A stretch of 64,000 nt of DNA from an uncultured Acidimicrobiaceae bacterium. Lineage in GTDB: Bacteria > Actinomycetota > Acidimicrobiia > Spongiisociales > ZC4RG35. This document shows, in pieces, positions 63,441 to 64,000 of the stretch. Location of the stretch: assembly GCA_964558575.1 (NCBI GenBank), contig CAZLEQ010000003.1, positions 24,483 to 88,482 of the forward strand. The letters run 5' to 3'. The notes under the pieces were generated by a model. The model was not told where the DNA came from. It did no database searches and was given only the letters and a program-made list of their open reading frames with translations. The first letter of the stretch is position 1. The number at the start of each line of letters is the position of its first letter. Made by a program: the position numbers and the translations under genes.

Positions 63441-63887
63441 ATGTCTGATCATGGACCGCCGCTGATGGCGGTCACCGTCGACGTCGCCGTGTTCACCATG
63501 CGCGACAACAGGGCCATGGTGGCGCTGATCCAGCGAGCCAGCCCGCCACACCAGGGGGCGTGGGCTCTGCCCGGCGGATTCGTCGAGCTCGACGAGGACC
63601 TCTCGGACGCCGCGTCACGAGAACTGGCCGAGGAAACCGGTCTCGAGATCCCGCCCACGGACCTGACCCAGATCGGCGCCTACGGGGCTCCCGACCGCGA
63701 CCCCCGCATGAGGGTGGTGACCGTCCTGTTCTGGGCATTGGTGGCCGACCTGGCAGACCCGATAGGGTCCAGCGACGCCGCGATCAGTCGTCTCATCCCC
63801 ATCGATGCGGCCACCGCACCAGGATTCGAGCTCGCCTTCGACCATTCCGTCGTGCTGCGTGACGCCGTCGAGGCGGCCGGCCTGTGA
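63441..63887 (+). CDS. NUDIX hydrolase
   Basis: Nudix box GGFVELDEDLSDAASRELAEETGL. 148 aa. It is the only coding-looking part of the listed 686-aa ORF. Confidence 0.85.
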   Translation: MSDHGPPLMAVTVDVAVFTMRDNRAMVALIQRASPPHQGAWALPGGFVELDEDLSDAASRELAEETGLEIPPTDLTQIGAYGAPDRDPRMRVVTVLFWALVADLADPIGSSDAAISRLIPIDAATAPGFELAFDHSVVLRDAVEAAGL

Positions 63888-64000
63888 TCGACTCCTCCCT
63901 CACCGTCTCCCAGCTGCTGGCCCGTATCCAACAGCTGGTGGTCGCCGAGTTCCCCTCACCACTCTGGGTCAGGGGCGAGGTGACGGGGTACCGGCGCACC
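63884..64000 (+). CDS. xseA: exodeoxyribonuclease VII large subunit, 5' end (runs off the window)
   Basis: The GTG overlaps the Nudix stop (GTGA). LTVSQLLARIQQLVVAEFPSPLWVRGEVTGY matches the XseA N-terminal OB-fold pattern. Confidence 0.6.
   Translation, partial: MIDSSLTVSQLLARIQQLVVAEFPSPLWVRGEVTGYRRT

Overview
High-GC segment (about two thirds G+C by eye, strong G/C bias at third codon positions). It looks chromosomal, and the gene content points to Actinomycetota: LigD, Hsp20, an Hrp1-like CBS-pair protein, a UvrD-type helicase with an HRDC tail, a Ser/Thr kinase, DUF72 and a YtfJ/GerW-like protein. The taxon is inference only. I resolve about 55 protein-coding loci. I found no rRNA, tRNA, CRISPR array, transposase or integrase.

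The dominant feature is one 8.46-kb ORF (13149-21611, minus strand) for a cyclic beta-1,2-glucan synthase-type giant enzyme (GT84 plus GH94).

Other modules:
- a minus-strand stress cluster at 7576-10043 (CBS, Hsp20, unknown protein, J-domain/zinc-finger protein, PPG-repeat membrane protein)
- an amino-acid-type cluster at 30560-36252 (ornithine cyclodeaminase, threonine-dehydratase-like PLP enzyme, bicupin, class V aminotransferase)
- a heterodimeric ABC exporter at 48030-51547
- a TetR-controlled cupredoxin/membrane/methyltransferase operon at 51557-54294
- cAMP-related proteins (a SulP-STAS-cNMP fusion and a TM-GAF-cyclase)
- a ribokinase/nucleoside hydrolase pair

The most unusual sequence-level signal is gene decay. 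At least seven loci between 24.6 and 58.7 kb read as family-like protein only by changing frame, or have lost a start, or carry an in-frame stop, or are truncated. Every long ORF is intact.

Two small ORFs below the 60-aa cut-off of the supplied track also look real (4071-4229 and 46657-46809). I did not recognise a complete known defence, toxin-antitoxin or RiPP system. Candidates for uncharacterised modules are listed as findings with modest scores.
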